64,000 nt of DNA from Bacteriovoracia bacterium (lineage in GTDB: Bacteria > Bdellovibrionota > UBA1018 > CAIPTA01), in contig JBFWVL010000001.1 of NCBI GenBank assembly GCA_050246755.1, forward strand, positions 1,216,001 through 1,280,000, in the 5' to 3' direction. Within the stretch, counting starts at the first letter, position 1. Every line of letters starts with the position of its first letter. Below are positions 19,602 through 29,763 of the stretch, one piece after another. The notes below the pieces were generated by a model. The model saw only the letters and a list, made by a program, of their open reading frames with translations. It was not told the origin of the DNA and ran no database searches. Position numbers and translations under genes: made by a program.

Positions 19602-21124
19602 AAAATCGCGGCCTTTTTCACGGTGGCGATCAGCGCACCCGGAAACAAGCCATAGTTAATCGTGAGAAATATGCAAATCGCGATTGCCAGGTAGGCAAAG
19701 TTAGATTTGCGGAATACCAGACTGGGCTCAGTTCCCTCGCTCATATACATGAGCACCACGAGGCGCAGGTAGTAGTAAACGGATACGGCGCTCGTGAGAA
19801 CGGCGATCAATACCAGCAGGCCTTCACCCGCTTCGAGGGCGCCCGAGAACATATAGTATTTTCCCACGAAGCCCGCGGTCGGCGGAAAGCCTCCCAGACT
19901 GAGCAAGAAAATCGTCAGCGCCGCGGCCACCCAGGGGTGGCGTTTTGCAAGGCCGGCCAGGCCCTGCGTGGTGAGCGCGCCGTCGGCTTTGCCGGCGAAG
20001 AGCGACATCAGGGTGAAAGCCCCGATATTCATCGCCGAATAGGCCACTAGGTAGAAAATAATTCCCGAATATCCCACCCAGGGACCCGCCAGTAGGCCCA
20101 CCAGCAAATAGCCCGTGTGGGCAATCGCCGAATAGGCCATTAGCCGCTTTAGGTTCGTCTGCATTAGAGCCACGAAATTCCCGATGAGCATGGTGGAAAG
20201 AGCAATCCACCAGAAGATCGTATGAATGAGATGAAATGCCTGCACGTGAGCGCCAATTCCATCCACCACCCCGTGTACCTGAGGCCCCCAAAAGGCATGC
20301 CCAACGCGAATCAGCGCTGCAAATACGGCGGCCTTCAAAGCGGTGGCCATATAGGAGGTAATGTTCGTAGGCGCGCCCTCGTATACGTCGGGGGCCCACA
20401 TGTGAAAAGGAGCAGCAGCAATTTTAAACAAGAACCCCACGAGCAAGAACACGAATCCCGCGATCAGCAGAGGATTCGAAAAGGCATCGGGTTGGGCGGT
20501 AAGGGCCTTCGAAATATCCACGAGCTTCGTGGTATTCAGAGCACCGTAGATCAGCGCCATTCCGTAGAGATAAATCGCAGCGGAAGCGCCGCCCATCACG
20601 AAATATTTTACCGAGGCTTCATTGCTGAACGCATTCATGCGGCGCATGCCCACGAGCACATACACCATGAGGCTCATCAGCTCGAGCGCCACGAAAAGCA
20701 TGAGGAGTTCTTCCGAGCAAGCCAGCAGCATCATACCGAGAGTGGAAGCGAGCAGGATCGGGTAAAATTCGGCGAAGTGGATCTCGCTTTCGTCGAGGTA
20801 GGAATAAGAGCCCATCATTACGAGTAAAGTGGCTCCACAGAGAAGCACATTAAAAAAAGACGAGAAGTAGTCGAGTACGATTGCGCCGCCAAATACGCGG
20901 ATGGGCTCCTGCACCCAATGGAGTTCCGTCCAAACGATGGTCATCACGAGTGTAATCGCCGAAAAGATAAAAAGCGGAAGCTTCTTGCCCGGGCCTTCGC
21001 CGAAGTGGACGGTAGCCAAAAGCATCGAAAGCATAATTCCCAGCGTGAGAATTAGGTACGGGCCGAGCGCCATCCACTGGGCCGTGGAGAGCACCAAGTT
21101 TTGTGGATTAATTATAGTGAGCAT
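19598..21124 (-). CDS. nuoN: NADH-quinone oxidoreductase subunit N
   Basis: FVALELMSL, EASVKYF, FKIAAAPFHMWAPDVYEGAP, LKRLMAYSAIAH and PPTAGFVGK; all key Glu/Lys residues present. Confidence 0.96.
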   Translation of the reverse strand: MLTIINPQNLVLSTAQWMALGPYLILTLGIMLSMLLATVHFGEGPGKKLPLFIFSAITLVMTIVWTELHWVQEPIRVFGGAIVLDYFSSFFNVLLCGATLLVMMGSYSYLDESEIHFAEFYPILLASTLGMMLLACSEELLMLFVALELMSLMVYVLVGMRRMNAFSNEASVKYFVMGGASAAIYLYGMALIYGALNTTKLVDISKALTAQPDAFSNPLLIAGFVFLLVGFLFKIAAAPFHMWAPDVYEGAPTNITSYMATALKAAVFAALIRVGHAFWGPQVHGVVDGIGAHVQAFHLIHTIFWWIALSTMLIGNFVALMQTNLKRLMAYSAIAHTGYLLVGLLAGPWVGYSGIIFYLVAYSAMNIGAFTLMSLFAGKADGALTTQGLAGLAKRHPWVAAALTIFLLSLGGFPPTAGFVGKYYMFSGALEAGEGLLVLIAVLTSAVSVYYYLRLVVLMYMSEGTEPSLVFRKSNFAYLAIAICIFLTINYGLFPGALIATVKKAAIF

Positions 21125-22667
21125 CGGGAATAGCCTTTCTCAGCAGGGCGGTCTCTTCGGGTGTAGGCACCGAAATGCGCTTCGTGAATTCTTTTACGGA
21201 AGGTTCCATGTGCCGGAAGAAGGTCTTAGGAAAGAGCCCCATATAACCAATGAGGAAAATCAGCGGGAGAAGATAAGCAAACTCTCTCCAGTTGATATCC
21301 GTTAGGCCTTCCGATTTTTTCGCGTCCGGCACGCCGAAAAGAATACGCTGGGTGAGCCAAAGCATATAGACGGCACCGAAAATCACCCCCGTAGCGGCCA
21401 GGGCCGTCCAGTAGGGGTGCGCGAGGAATCCACCCTGCAGAATGAGAAATTCGCCGATGAAACCATTCGTGCCCGGAAGCGCGATCGAGCTGAAAGTTAC
21501 TATGAGCCACACGATCGAAAAGAAAGGTAAAGTTTTGGCGAGACCGCTATACGCAATAATCTCGCGAGTATGTTTACGCTCGTAGAGAACACCTACCAAA
21601 AGGAAGAGCGCGCCGGTGGAAACGCCGTGATTCAGCATTTGATAGAGTGAGCCGGTGATCCCGATTTGATTTAGGGCGAAAAGACCAAGAATCACGTAAC
21701 CCATATGAGACACGGAGCTATACGCCACCAGCTTTTTGATATCGTCTTGCGCAATGGCCACAAAGGCACCATAAACGATCGCGATCGCGGCAATACCCAT
21801 CATCCAAGGAGCAACGATCGGCAAAATAGAAACCGAAAGCGGCATCGCGAAGCGCATGAGTCCGTAGCCGCCGAGCTTCAAGAGAACGCCCGCTAGAATC
21901 ACGGAACCTCCCGTTGGAGCCTGCACGTGGGCGTCCGGCAGCCAAGTATGCAGAGGGAAAAGCGGAACCTTGATTGCAAACGCCAAGGTAAAGGCCAGAA
22001 AGATCAGCCCTTGGGGGGTCATCATGTGTCCGCCGGCAAGCTGCAGCCTTAGAATATCTGGCAAGTAGGCCGAGTACCCGCCGAACTGCGCCTTCGTTTG
22101 GAAAACTAAATAGATAATTGCCACCAGCATCGGCACGGAACCGGCGAAAGTGTAGAGCAGGAATTTCTGGGCCGCGTAGATCTTGTCTTTGCCGCCCCAG
22201 ATTCCGATCAAGAAAAACATGGGAATCAACATCGCTTCCCAGAAAACGTAGAAGAGAAAAAGATCCAGCGCGAGGAAAGCGCCGAGGATGGTGCTTTCAA
22301 GCATCAGCATGAAGAAAAGGTATTTCTTGATGTCTTTCTCCACGGCGTGCCATGCGGACAGTACGATGATAGGAATCAAAAATGTCGTGAGTAAAATCAA
22401 ATAGAGGCTGATGCCGTCGATACCCAGCGCGTAGCGAGCTCCGATCTGGGGGAGCCAGTCCATTTGCGAAACCATCTGCAAACCGGCGTTGCCTATGTCG
22501 AAGTTTTTATACATGCAAATTGAAAGGGCAAAAATCGCGGAGGAACCGATAAAAGCGACCCAGCGCACGGCCACTTCTAGCTTGGAAGGAATCAAAGCTA
22601 CGATCACGGCCAGCAGGAGCGGGCTAAAGACCAAGCAAGAAAGAATATGTTCAGAAATGCCCTGCAT
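21108..22667 (-). CDS. nuoM: NADH-quinone oxidoreductase subunit M
   Basis: FYVFWEAMLIP, AIKVPLFPLHTWLPDAHVQAP, LLKLGGYG and LPGTNGFIGEF. Confidence 0.97.
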   Translation of the reverse strand: MQGISEHILSCLVFSPLLLAVIVALIPSKLEVAVRWVAFIGSSAIFALSICMYKNFDIGNAGLQMVSQMDWLPQIGARYALGIDGISLYLILLTTFLIPIIVLSAWHAVEKDIKKYLFFMLMLESTILGAFLALDLFLFYVFWEAMLIPMFFLIGIWGGKDKIYAAQKFLLYTFAGSVPMLVAIIYLVFQTKAQFGGYSAYLPDILRLQLAGGHMMTPQGLIFLAFTLAFAIKVPLFPLHTWLPDAHVQAPTGGSVILAGVLLKLGGYGLMRFAMPLSVSILPIVAPWMMGIAAIAIVYGAFVAIAQDDIKKLVAYSSVSHMGYVILGLFALNQIGITGSLYQMLNHGVSTGALFLLVGVLYERKHTREIIAYSGLAKTLPFFSIVWLIVTFSSIALPGTNGFIGEFLILQGGFLAHPYWTALAATGVIFGAVYMLWLTQRILFGVPDAKKSEGLTDINWREFAYLLPLIFLIGYMGLFPKTFFRHMEPSVKEFTKRISVPTPEETALLRKAIPDAHYN

Positions 22668-22676
22668 GTAGCTCTC

Positions 22677-24617
22677 CTAGAAAAAGCGCACTACGGTTAT
22701 CAGCAAAAACACCAGCATGCCCAGCATGAGCGCGGTGAGGTAATGTTCGAGCCGGCCCGTGTGCATCAAGCGCAAGGTGCGACCAGAAATTTTCGAAACT
22801 TTTGCGGTTAGCAGTACCGCCCCGTCGATTACCACCACGTCTACCATTTTCCAGAGAAAAACGGAGAAGGCGTGGATGGGACGAACCACCAAAGCCTCGT
22901 AAAACTCATTGAGGTAGTAGCTATTGTAGAGAAAAGAAAACAGCGGGCCTTCTTCTCGGCTTTCCGGTTTCGAGAGGAACAGCGTTTTCGCGAGGAAAAG
23001 GCAACCCACTGCCACCACCACAGAAACCAGCATGAGCCCCCATTCCATGGCCAGAGTTCCGTGCCCCTGACTAGCCGGAACGATTCCCTCGAGCAAATGC
23101 TCTAGGTAATTCGGGATTGAGTGGCCGCCGAGAAAATGAGGCACGCTGAGAAACCCACCCAATGCCGCGAGCGCCGCAAGAATAATCAGCGGAACCGTCA
23201 TTAAGGGAGGAGATTCGTGCAAGTGGTGGCGCACCTCTTCGGTAGAGCGATTCTTGCCGAGGAAGGTCAAGCACACGAGACGCCCCATGTACGTGGCGGT
23301 GAGCCCCGCGGTAGCCAGCCCAACGATATAGAGAGGCAATCCACCGAGAGGGCTGGAGAAGGTCTGCCAGAGAATCTCATCTTTGGAGAAGAACCCCGAA
23401 AAAATCGGCACACCAGAAATCGCGAGAGTTCCCACCACGAAGGTCCAGTAAGTAATCGGCATATACTTCTGCAGGCCGCCCATCTTTCGCATGTCTTGCT
23501 CGCCGCCGCAGGCGTGAATCACCGAGCCCGAGCCGAGGAACATCAATGCTTTGAAAAAAGCGTGAGTCATAAGATGGAAAATCGCGGTGGTATACGCGCC
23601 CACGCCCACGGCGAGGAACATATAACCGAGCTGACTCACGGTGGAGTATGCGAGCACTTTCTTGATATCCGTCTGCACGATCGCGATCGTCGCGGCCACG
23701 AACGCGGTCCCCACCCCGATCACCGCGATCACCGTCGAAGTAATCGGCGCGAGGCTGAATAGGAATCCTAGGCGGCAGCACATGTATACCCCGGCCGTCA
23801 CCATGGTAGCGGCGTGAATGAGAGCGGAAACGGGAGTAGGGCCGGCCATTGCATCGGGCAGCCAAACGAAGAGCGGAATCTGCGCCGATTTACCTGTAGC
23901 GCCCACGAAGAGCAAAAGGGTAATTACGGTTAGGATGCCGAAACCCACTTCCACCGAAAGACTTCCCATTGCCTCTTTCAGCTCCACAAAGTCGAGAGTG
24001 CTGAAATGCATGAAAATTAGGAACATGCCGAGGAGGAATCCAAGGTCTCCGATACGGTTCACTACAAAAGCTTTTTTTCCGGCCTTCGCCTTTTCGATAT
24101 CTTCGAACCAGAAACCAATTAGGAGGTAAGAGCAAAGCCCCACGCCTTCCCAGCCAATGAAGAGAATGGGCAGACTCGCGCCCAAGATGAGGATGAGCAT
24201 CGAGGCCGTGAACATATTGAGGTAGGTGAAATAGCGGGCGGGATTCTCGTCCTCATGCATGTAGGCGATCGAATAAATGTGAATTAGGCAACCAACGCCG
24301 CTCACTACGAGGGAAAGCACGCCGGAGAGCGCGTCCACGCGGAAACGCATCGGAATATTGAAGTTCGCCACTTCGATCCAAGAAAATGCCGTTTGCTCGA
24401 AGGCGGAGGAAACGCCCTCCTTGCCGGTGAGACGGAGATAGAGCGACACAGCCAATGCAAAGCTGCCGAAAACGCAGCCACTGGCGATCACGCCGGCCAA
24501 ATCGCCAGGAATTCGCGGGATTTTTTTCCAGGGTATAGCCCCGAACAATCCGTTAATCGTGGCGCCGATAAGCGGCAGCAGGACAATCCAACCTAAGAGA
24601 CTTGTTTGTTCGGTCAT
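22677..24617 (-). CDS. nuoL: NADH-quinone oxidoreductase subunit L
   Basis: GWEGVGLCSY, NRIGD, GKSAQIPLFVWLPDAMAGPTPVSALIHAATMV, HAFFKA, GFFSKD and a C-terminal transverse helix. Confidence 0.97.
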   Translation of the reverse strand: MTEQTSLLGWIVLLPLIGATINGLFGAIPWKKIPRIPGDLAGVIASGCVFGSFALAVSLYLRLTGKEGVSSAFEQTAFSWIEVANFNIPMRFRVDALSGVLSLVVSGVGCLIHIYSIAYMHEDENPARYFTYLNMFTASMLILILGASLPILFIGWEGVGLCSYLLIGFWFEDIEKAKAGKKAFVVNRIGDLGFLLGMFLIFMHFSTLDFVELKEAMGSLSVEVGFGILTVITLLLFVGATGKSAQIPLFVWLPDAMAGPTPVSALIHAATMVTAGVYMCCRLGFLFSLAPITSTVIAVIGVGTAFVAATIAIVQTDIKKVLAYSTVSQLGYMFLAVGVGAYTTAIFHLMTHAFFKALMFLGSGSVIHACGGEQDMRKMGGLQKYMPITYWTFVVGTLAISGVPIFSGFFSKDEILWQTFSSPLGGLPLYIVGLATAGLTATYMGRLVCLTFLGKNRSTEEVRHHLHESPPLMTVPLIILAALAALGGFLSVPHFLGGHSIPNYLEHLLEGIVPASQGHGTLAMEWGLMLVSVVVAVGCLFLAKTLFLSKPESREEGPLFSFLYNSYYLNEFYEALVVRPIHAFSVFLWKMVDVVVIDGAVLLTAKVSKISGRTLRLMHTGRLEHYLTALMLGMLVFLLITVVRFF

Positions 24618-24627
24618 GACGAAATCC

Positions 24628-24945
24628 TTATTGCTTCATCTGGTTCAGCTGCGCGGTGCCCACTTCACGTAAGTTCCGATAGAGCGCAATTAAGAGGCCT
24701 AATCCGATCGCGCCCTCGGCGGCGGCCACGGTCACGATAAAAAACACCATGAGCTGGCCGTTCATATCTTGATTTAAGCGGGAAAAGGTCACGAGGGTGA
24801 GGTTCACGGCCGTGAGCATTAGCTCGATGCACATTAAAACCGCGATGAGGGAGCGGCGAAGCATAATGCCCGTAAGCCCAATCGCAAACAAGGCCGCGCC
24901 CGTTATTAGCGCTGGAAAAATCATGGGGTCCGCTAAGTGATGCAT
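24628..24945 (-). CDS. nuoK: NADH-quinone oxidoreductase subunit K
   Basis: LMCIELML and VAAAEGAIGL. Confidence 0.95.
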   Translation of the reverse strand: MHHLADPMIFPALITGAALFAIGLTGIMLRRSLIAVLMCIELMLTAVNLTLVTFSRLNQDMNGQLMVFFIVTVAAAEGAIGLGLLIALYRNLREVGTAQLNQMKQ

Positions 24946-25484
24946 CAGTCCACCCTTCTTTTTGCCAGAACCACGCAGCCCACTACCGCGATGGAAAGCA
25001 GCATGCCCACCGTGAGGAAGGGCATTACGTAATCCGAAAACATAATTTCCGAAACCACTCTCACGTTTCCACCGTTCTCGGCCACGGCCGCCGAGGTGAA
25101 TGGGCCTTTATTCGCGGCGGGAATCGACTTCATAAAAATAATCGTCATCAACGCGCAGAATCCCACCGCAATCGCGATCGGTACCGGCCAAAAACCTCTG
25201 TTCGTAGGCCAATCGATTTCCACCTGCTCCACGCTGAGAAGCATGATCACGAACACGAAGAGCACCATGATCGCGCCGGCATAAACAAGAACTTGCACCG
25301 CGGAAACGAAATAGGCTTCCTGCATGGCGAATACTCCCGCCACATTCAGCAATACGGAGATCAGCGAGAAAGCACTCGATACTGGATTCTTCAATGCGAT
25401 CACGCCGATGGCGGAGAGCACGGCCAAGCCGCAAAAAAGATAAAAAAGAATTTGTGGGAGTAGATCCTGAAAAAATTCGTTCAT
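24945..25484 (-). CDS. nuoJ: NADH-quinone oxidoreductase subunit J
   Basis: NPVSSAFSL and QVLVYAGAIMVLFVFVIMLL. Confidence 0.95.
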   Translation of the reverse strand: MNEFFQDLLPQILFYLFCGLAVLSAIGVIALKNPVSSAFSLISVLLNVAGVFAMQEAYFVSAVQVLVYAGAIMVLFVFVIMLLSVEQVEIDWPTNRGFWPVPIAIAVGFCALMTIIFMKSIPAANKGPFTSAAVAENGGNVRVVSEIMFSDYVMPFLTVGMLLSIAVVGCVVLAKRRVD

Positions 25485-25924
25485 TTCTTCGCCCTTTGAA
25501 TCAAGAGATAATCTTTGTCATACACGCGGCGCTCGTAGTCGGCCATTTCGTAAATATTCGAAAGCTTAATGGCGTCCTTCGGGCAGGCTTCTTCACAAAA
25601 ACCGCAAAAGCAGCAGCGTAAGATATCGATTTCGAATTTCACGGGATACTTCTCTTTATTGGCGCGCTCGCCGGCTTCAATGTGAATGCAATCGGCGGGG
25701 CAAATCGTGGGGCAAAGCATGCAGGCCGTGCAGTTCTCCACGCCATTTACGGTTTTGATGTAATGCTGGCCACGGTAACGCGGAGAATAACTACGGCGCT
25801 CCTCGGGATATTGGTACGTGATGTTTTTTCCGAAAAACCAGAACTTCATCGTGATCAGAAGCCCTTTGAAGAGCTCGATCAAGTAGAAGCGCTGCAGAAA
25901 TCCATGTTCGCGTTTAATCAGCAT
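25481..25924 (-). CDS. nuoI: NADH-quinone oxidoreductase subunit I
   Basis: TYQYPEE, CTACMLCPTICP and CCFCGFCEEACP. Confidence 0.95.
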   Translation of the reverse strand: MLIKREHGFLQRFYLIELFKGLLITMKFWFFGKNITYQYPEERRSYSPRYRGQHYIKTVNGVENCTACMLCPTICPADCIHIEAGERANKEKYPVKFEIDILRCCFCGFCEEACPKDAIKLSNIYEMADYERRVYDKDYLLIQRAKK

Positions 25925-25933
25925 AAATTTTCC

Positions 25934-27037
25934 TTAATGCCCGTACATTACGGCGATCGAAACCGCCGTTGCTAGAATATTAATGAGAGCCAAGGGGACC
26001 AAAACTTTCCATCCCAGCCACATCAGCTGATCGTAGCGGAAGCGCGGAAGCGTAAAGCGAACCACGATGAAGAAAAGCATAAAGAGGATTACTTTTAGCC
26101 AGAACGTAAGCACTTGGCCGATCACCACCGCCCAATAGAGCATTTGGTCGGTGAGATGGAAATGGCTCAGGAGCGCGTGCAGGCCGGGGGCTTGCCAGCC
26201 GCCAAGAAAAAATGTCGCCACTAACCCGGAGGCGGTGATCATATGCGCGTACTCGGCCATGAAAAACAGCGACCACTTCATGCCGCCGTACTCCAGGTGA
26301 TATCCGGCCACGATCTCGGCTTCCCCCTCGGGAAGGTCGAAGGGCAGACGGTTGGTTTCGGCGAAAGCGGCCACGATAAAAATCAATGCGGCGAGAGGCT
26401 GATGAAAGATTCCCCAGTTCGGCAGAAAGCTAATCTGCTGGCCGAAGATCATCAGGGGGCCGCCCTGACTAACGGCCATCTCCATTAAGTCTACCGTATT
26501 GTAGTTCATGATGATGGCCACAAGGCTCATCCCCATCGCGAGCTCGTAGCTGATCATTTGGGCCGTGGAGCGAAGTCCGCCGAGCATGGAATATTTATTA
26601 TTAGAAGCCCACGAAGCCACGATGATTCCATATACGGCAAGCGAAGATATCGAAGTGATGTATACGAAGCCCACGTTCATCGAAGAAAGCTGCAGGGAAA
26701 TGATCGTTCCATTTACGTCGATCACCGGACCGAAAGGAACCACGGCGAAGGTCATGAAAGCGGGAACTACGCAAATTCCGGGAGCCAACAAGTAGTACCA
26801 CTTGCGCACGTGACCGGGCACTAGGTCTTCCTTGAAGATAAACTTCACGGCATCGGCGATCGATTGCAGAAGGCCGAATGGGCCCACGCGGTTCGGTCCG
26901 GTTCGATTCTGCATCCAGGAACAGATTCGGCGTTCGGCCCACGCCATTAACGGCGCCACGTGCAGGAGCACTAAAAGCACCATCGCGAGCTTTCCCACCA
27001 TCGCTATCAATAAAATATTCGGAACGGTCATTTCCAC
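25934..27037 (-). CDS. nuoH: NADH-quinone oxidoreductase subunit H
   Basis: ERR..QNRTGPNRVGP, AQMISYE, AETNRLPFDLPEGEAEIVAGYHLEY and TLPRFRYDQLM. Confidence 0.97.
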   Translation of the reverse strand: MEMTVPNILLIAMVGKLAMVLLVLLHVAPLMAWAERRICSWMQNRTGPNRVGPFGLLQSIADAVKFIFKEDLVPGHVRKWYYLLAPGICVVPAFMTFAVVPFGPVIDVNGTIISLQLSSMNVGFVYITSISSLAVYGIIVASWASNNKYSMLGGLRSTAQMISYELAMGMSLVAIIMNYNTVDLMEMAVSQGGPLMIFGQQISFLPNWGIFHQPLAALIFIVAAFAETNRLPFDLPEGEAEIVAGYHLEYGGMKWSLFFMAEYAHMITASGLVATFFLGGWQAPGLHALLSHFHLTDQMLYWAVVIGQVLTFWLKVILFMLFFIVVRFTLPRFRYDQLMWLGWKVLVPLALINILATAVSIAVMYGH

Positions 27038-27040
27038 GAC

Positions 27041-28459
27041 TTAACTCACTTTCCGCGACGATTCGATCAACGCGCCGATCAGGCTCGCGAGGGGCCGGCT
27101 CATGCCGATCGGCTGCGTAACGGCCTGGAAGGTTTGCTGCATTCCCTGATAATTCACGAAAGTTCCGGCTTTTTCGTACGTCGAGAGACCGGGCAATACG
27201 AATTGGTAACCGAGAAGCTCTTCCTTCAAAAACAACCCGATCGCCACCGCTTTTTTCGCTTTCTTCGCCAGCCCGTAAGGGGGGCGCACTTTGCCCGCGC
27301 TCACGAAGAAGCAAAGGTCGAATTTCGCCGGATCGAATTCCGCCGAAGCCTTAAATCCCACGGCTTCGAGTCCCTTCAAATTAGGAGATTTATCTTTACG
27401 GCGCAGCAAGTGATCGAGCGGCTTATCTTCTGAGCTCGAATTCACGGTTGGGCTATAGGAAAAATAGGCGGCGTTTGGAAATGCTTTCTTCAGCGCATGA
27501 GCTTCTTCTTGCGTGGCATCAGCGCACACGAAGAAAGCAATCGACTTGGCGCCATCCATCATTTCTTTTACGGCGGGAAGCGCTTCGTTCCACATCATGC
27601 CCTTAGGATTTCCGCCACGGAGATCCGTAGGCCCCAGTACGCGAGAGGGAGTGTGCACGTGGTGAAAGCCGTAACGGCCTTCATCGCACATCCACCACTT
27701 ATTCACTTCCATATTCACGCGCGGCTCCAGACGGAAAACCACGCCGGAATCCTGCGAACCAAGAATATTACAGCCCTGCGCACAGCCGTCGCATACGCTT
27801 TCGGCCGTTTTGAGATACCACACGCGCTTTTTGAAGCGGAAATCCTTGGTGGTGAGAGAGCCCACAGGGCAAACATCAGCCAGCCCGCCGGCATAAGCAG
27901 TTTGCAGGGGCTTATCATCGATCGTGATGATCTCAGTGCTGTTTCCGCGCTGCTCGGCGATCATTTCGTGGATACCACCCACTTCGTCGCAATAGCGGAT
28001 GCAGCGGGTGCAGTGAATGCAACGATTCATATTCTTCTTGATCGAAGGGCCCATATCCACATCGATAAAGGTACGGCGGAAAAACTGGTTCCGGGTGTCT
28101 TCGGCGCCGTGGTTATAGCTATACTCCTGAAGGCTGCATTCTCCGGCCTGATCGCAAATCGGGCAATCGAGCGGATGGTTAGCGAGCAAAAATTCCTGCA
28201 CGCCACCCACAGATTTTTTTACTTTTTCGGAAGTGGTGGAAATTTTCATTCCATCGGCGCAGGGCGTGGAACAAGCGGTCACCAGTTTCTTCTGGCCCTC
28301 CACTTCCACCAAGCACATTCGGCACTGTGCCACGATCGAAAGACCGTCGTGGTAGCAATAGCGGGGAATATGATTGTTTTTGGCACGGTCGGTAGCCTGG
28401 ATGATCTTCTCACCCGGCTTAAACTCTACCTGCACTCCGTCGACTATAATGTTCGGCAT
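27041..28459 (-). CDS. nuoG: NADH-quinone oxidoreductase subunit G (short, 472 aa)
   Basis: PRYCYH..CRMCLVE..TAC (N1b), HPLDCPICDQAGEC (N5), CIHCTRC..CPVG (N4) and CDGCAQGC..MCDEGR (N7). Confidence 0.92.
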   Translation of the reverse strand: MPNIIVDGVQVEFKPGEKIIQATDRAKNNHIPRYCYHDGLSIVAQCRMCLVEVEGQKKLVTACSTPCADGMKISTTSEKVKKSVGGVQEFLLANHPLDCPICDQAGECSLQEYSYNHGAEDTRNQFFRRTFIDVDMGPSIKKNMNRCIHCTRCIRYCDEVGGIHEMIAEQRGNSTEIITIDDKPLQTAYAGGLADVCPVGSLTTKDFRFKKRVWYLKTAESVCDGCAQGCNILGSQDSGVVFRLEPRVNMEVNKWWMCDEGRYGFHHVHTPSRVLGPTDLRGGNPKGMMWNEALPAVKEMMDGAKSIAFFVCADATQEEAHALKKAFPNAAYFSYSPTVNSSSEDKPLDHLLRRKDKSPNLKGLEAVGFKASAEFDPAKFDLCFFVSAGKVRPPYGLAKKAKKAVAIGLFLKEELLGYQFVLPGLSTYEKAGTFVNYQGMQQTFQAVTQPIGMSRPLASLIGALIESSRKVS

Positions 28460-28473
28460 TTTATTCCTTTAAT

Positions 28474-29763
28474 CTAGTGGCTATAGCTCGAGCTTCCAAA
28501 AGGGCAACGCTTCTCGTTCACGTGTTGCTCGTATTCGGTTCGGAATTTTTTCACCATTGAACGCAACGGCCAGGCAGTGGCTTCGCCGAATGCACAGATC
28601 GTGGTTCCGTCCATGTTATTGCAAATGTCTTCGATCAGATCGAGGTCGCCAATATTCCCCTCGCCCCGCTCGAGGCGCAGGTGAAGATCTTTGAGCCACA
28701 TGGAGCCCTCGCGGCAAGGTGTACATTGTCCGCAGCTTTCCACTTGGTAAAAATGCGCGGTGCGGATCGCCACCTTGAGAATACAAGTAGCGTCGTCTAT
28801 TACCATAATGCCGGCCGAGCCGAGCATGGAACCAGCCTTCGCCAAAGAATCAAAATCCAGGTTCACACTGCATTCTTCGGCCGTGAGCACCGGCGAGGAG
28901 GATCCGCCGGGAAAAGCCGCCTTCAGCTTCCGGCCCTTCCAAATTCCCCCACAATCTTCGTTGATCAACTGCATGAGAGGGTAACCGAGGGGACGCTCGT
29001 ATAGGCCAGGACGGTTTACGTGTCCAGAAATACAGAACAGCTTCATGCCGTGATTGCGCTCGGGACCGAACTGCTTGAACCAGGCGGCGCCGCGATTAAT
29101 GATCATCGGAATGCAGGCTAAGGTTTCCACGTTATTCACTACCGTGGGGCAACCGAACAAACCGATAGCGGCCGGGAAAAAAGGAGGCTTGATTCGCGGT
29201 TCGCCCCGCTTTCCCTCGAGGGAATTCAGGAGCGCGGTTTCTTCTCCGCAAATATACGCGCCGGCCCCGCGATGCACGATCATGTCGAGCTGGTATCCCG
29301 TGCCGTTCACGTTTTTTCCAAGCAAACCGGCCTTATAGGCTTCTTCGATCGCTTTATCGAGGATCTTTGCCTCCTTCACGTATTCACCGCGGATATAGCA
29401 GTAAATCATATGAGCATTGATCGCCATCGCGGCGATGATGGCACCTTCGATCATGAGATGAGGCTGGTAAGCCATGATCGCGCGATCCTTAAAAGTGCCG
29501 GGCTCAGATTCGTCGGCGTTGATCACGAGATACTTCGGTTTATCTGAATTCTTCGGAATGAATCCCCATTTCGTGCCGCAAGGAAATCCGGCGCCCCCGC
29601 GCCCGCGAAGGCCGCTTTCCTTTACCTCGGCCAAAACTTTTTCTGGCCCCATTTCCACGGCCTTCGGAAGAGCCGTATAACCCGATTCATTCTTTTTATA
29701 GGCGTCGAGGCCTTCCACACCGGCCTGGCCGTAATATTTAGAGAATACGATTTCCTGCTGCAT
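28474..29763 (-). CDS. nuoF: NADH-quinone oxidoreductase subunit F
   Basis: GRGGAGFP, NADESEPGTFKDR, GAGAYICGEETA and SCGQCTPCREG..ICAFG. Confidence 0.98.
   Translation of the reverse strand: MQQEIVFSKYYGQAGVEGLDAYKKNESGYTALPKAVEMGPEKVLAEVKESGLRGRGGAGFPCGTKWGFIPKNSDKPKYLVINADESEPGTFKDRAIMAYQPHLMIEGAIIAAMAINAHMIYCYIRGEYVKEAKILDKAIEEAYKAGLLGKNVNGTGYQLDMIVHRGAGAYICGEETALLNSLEGKRGEPRIKPPFFPAAIGLFGCPTVVNNVETLACIPMIINRGAAWFKQFGPERNHGMKLFCISGHVNRPGLYERPLGYPLMQLINEDCGGIWKGRKLKAAFPGGSSSPVLTAEECSVNLDFDSLAKAGSMLGSAGIMVIDDATCILKVAIRTAHFYQVESCGQCTPCREGSMWLKDLHLRLERGEGNIGDLDLIEDICNNMDGTTICAFGEATAWPLRSMVKKFRTEYEQHVNEKRCPFGSSSYSH

Noticed and set aside
27497-28477. Long antisense ORFs (also 49183-50193, 52147-53070, 12466-13125, 10371-11048)
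   Set aside because: They lie opposite well-supported genes and show no motifs; they are codon-bias shadows.
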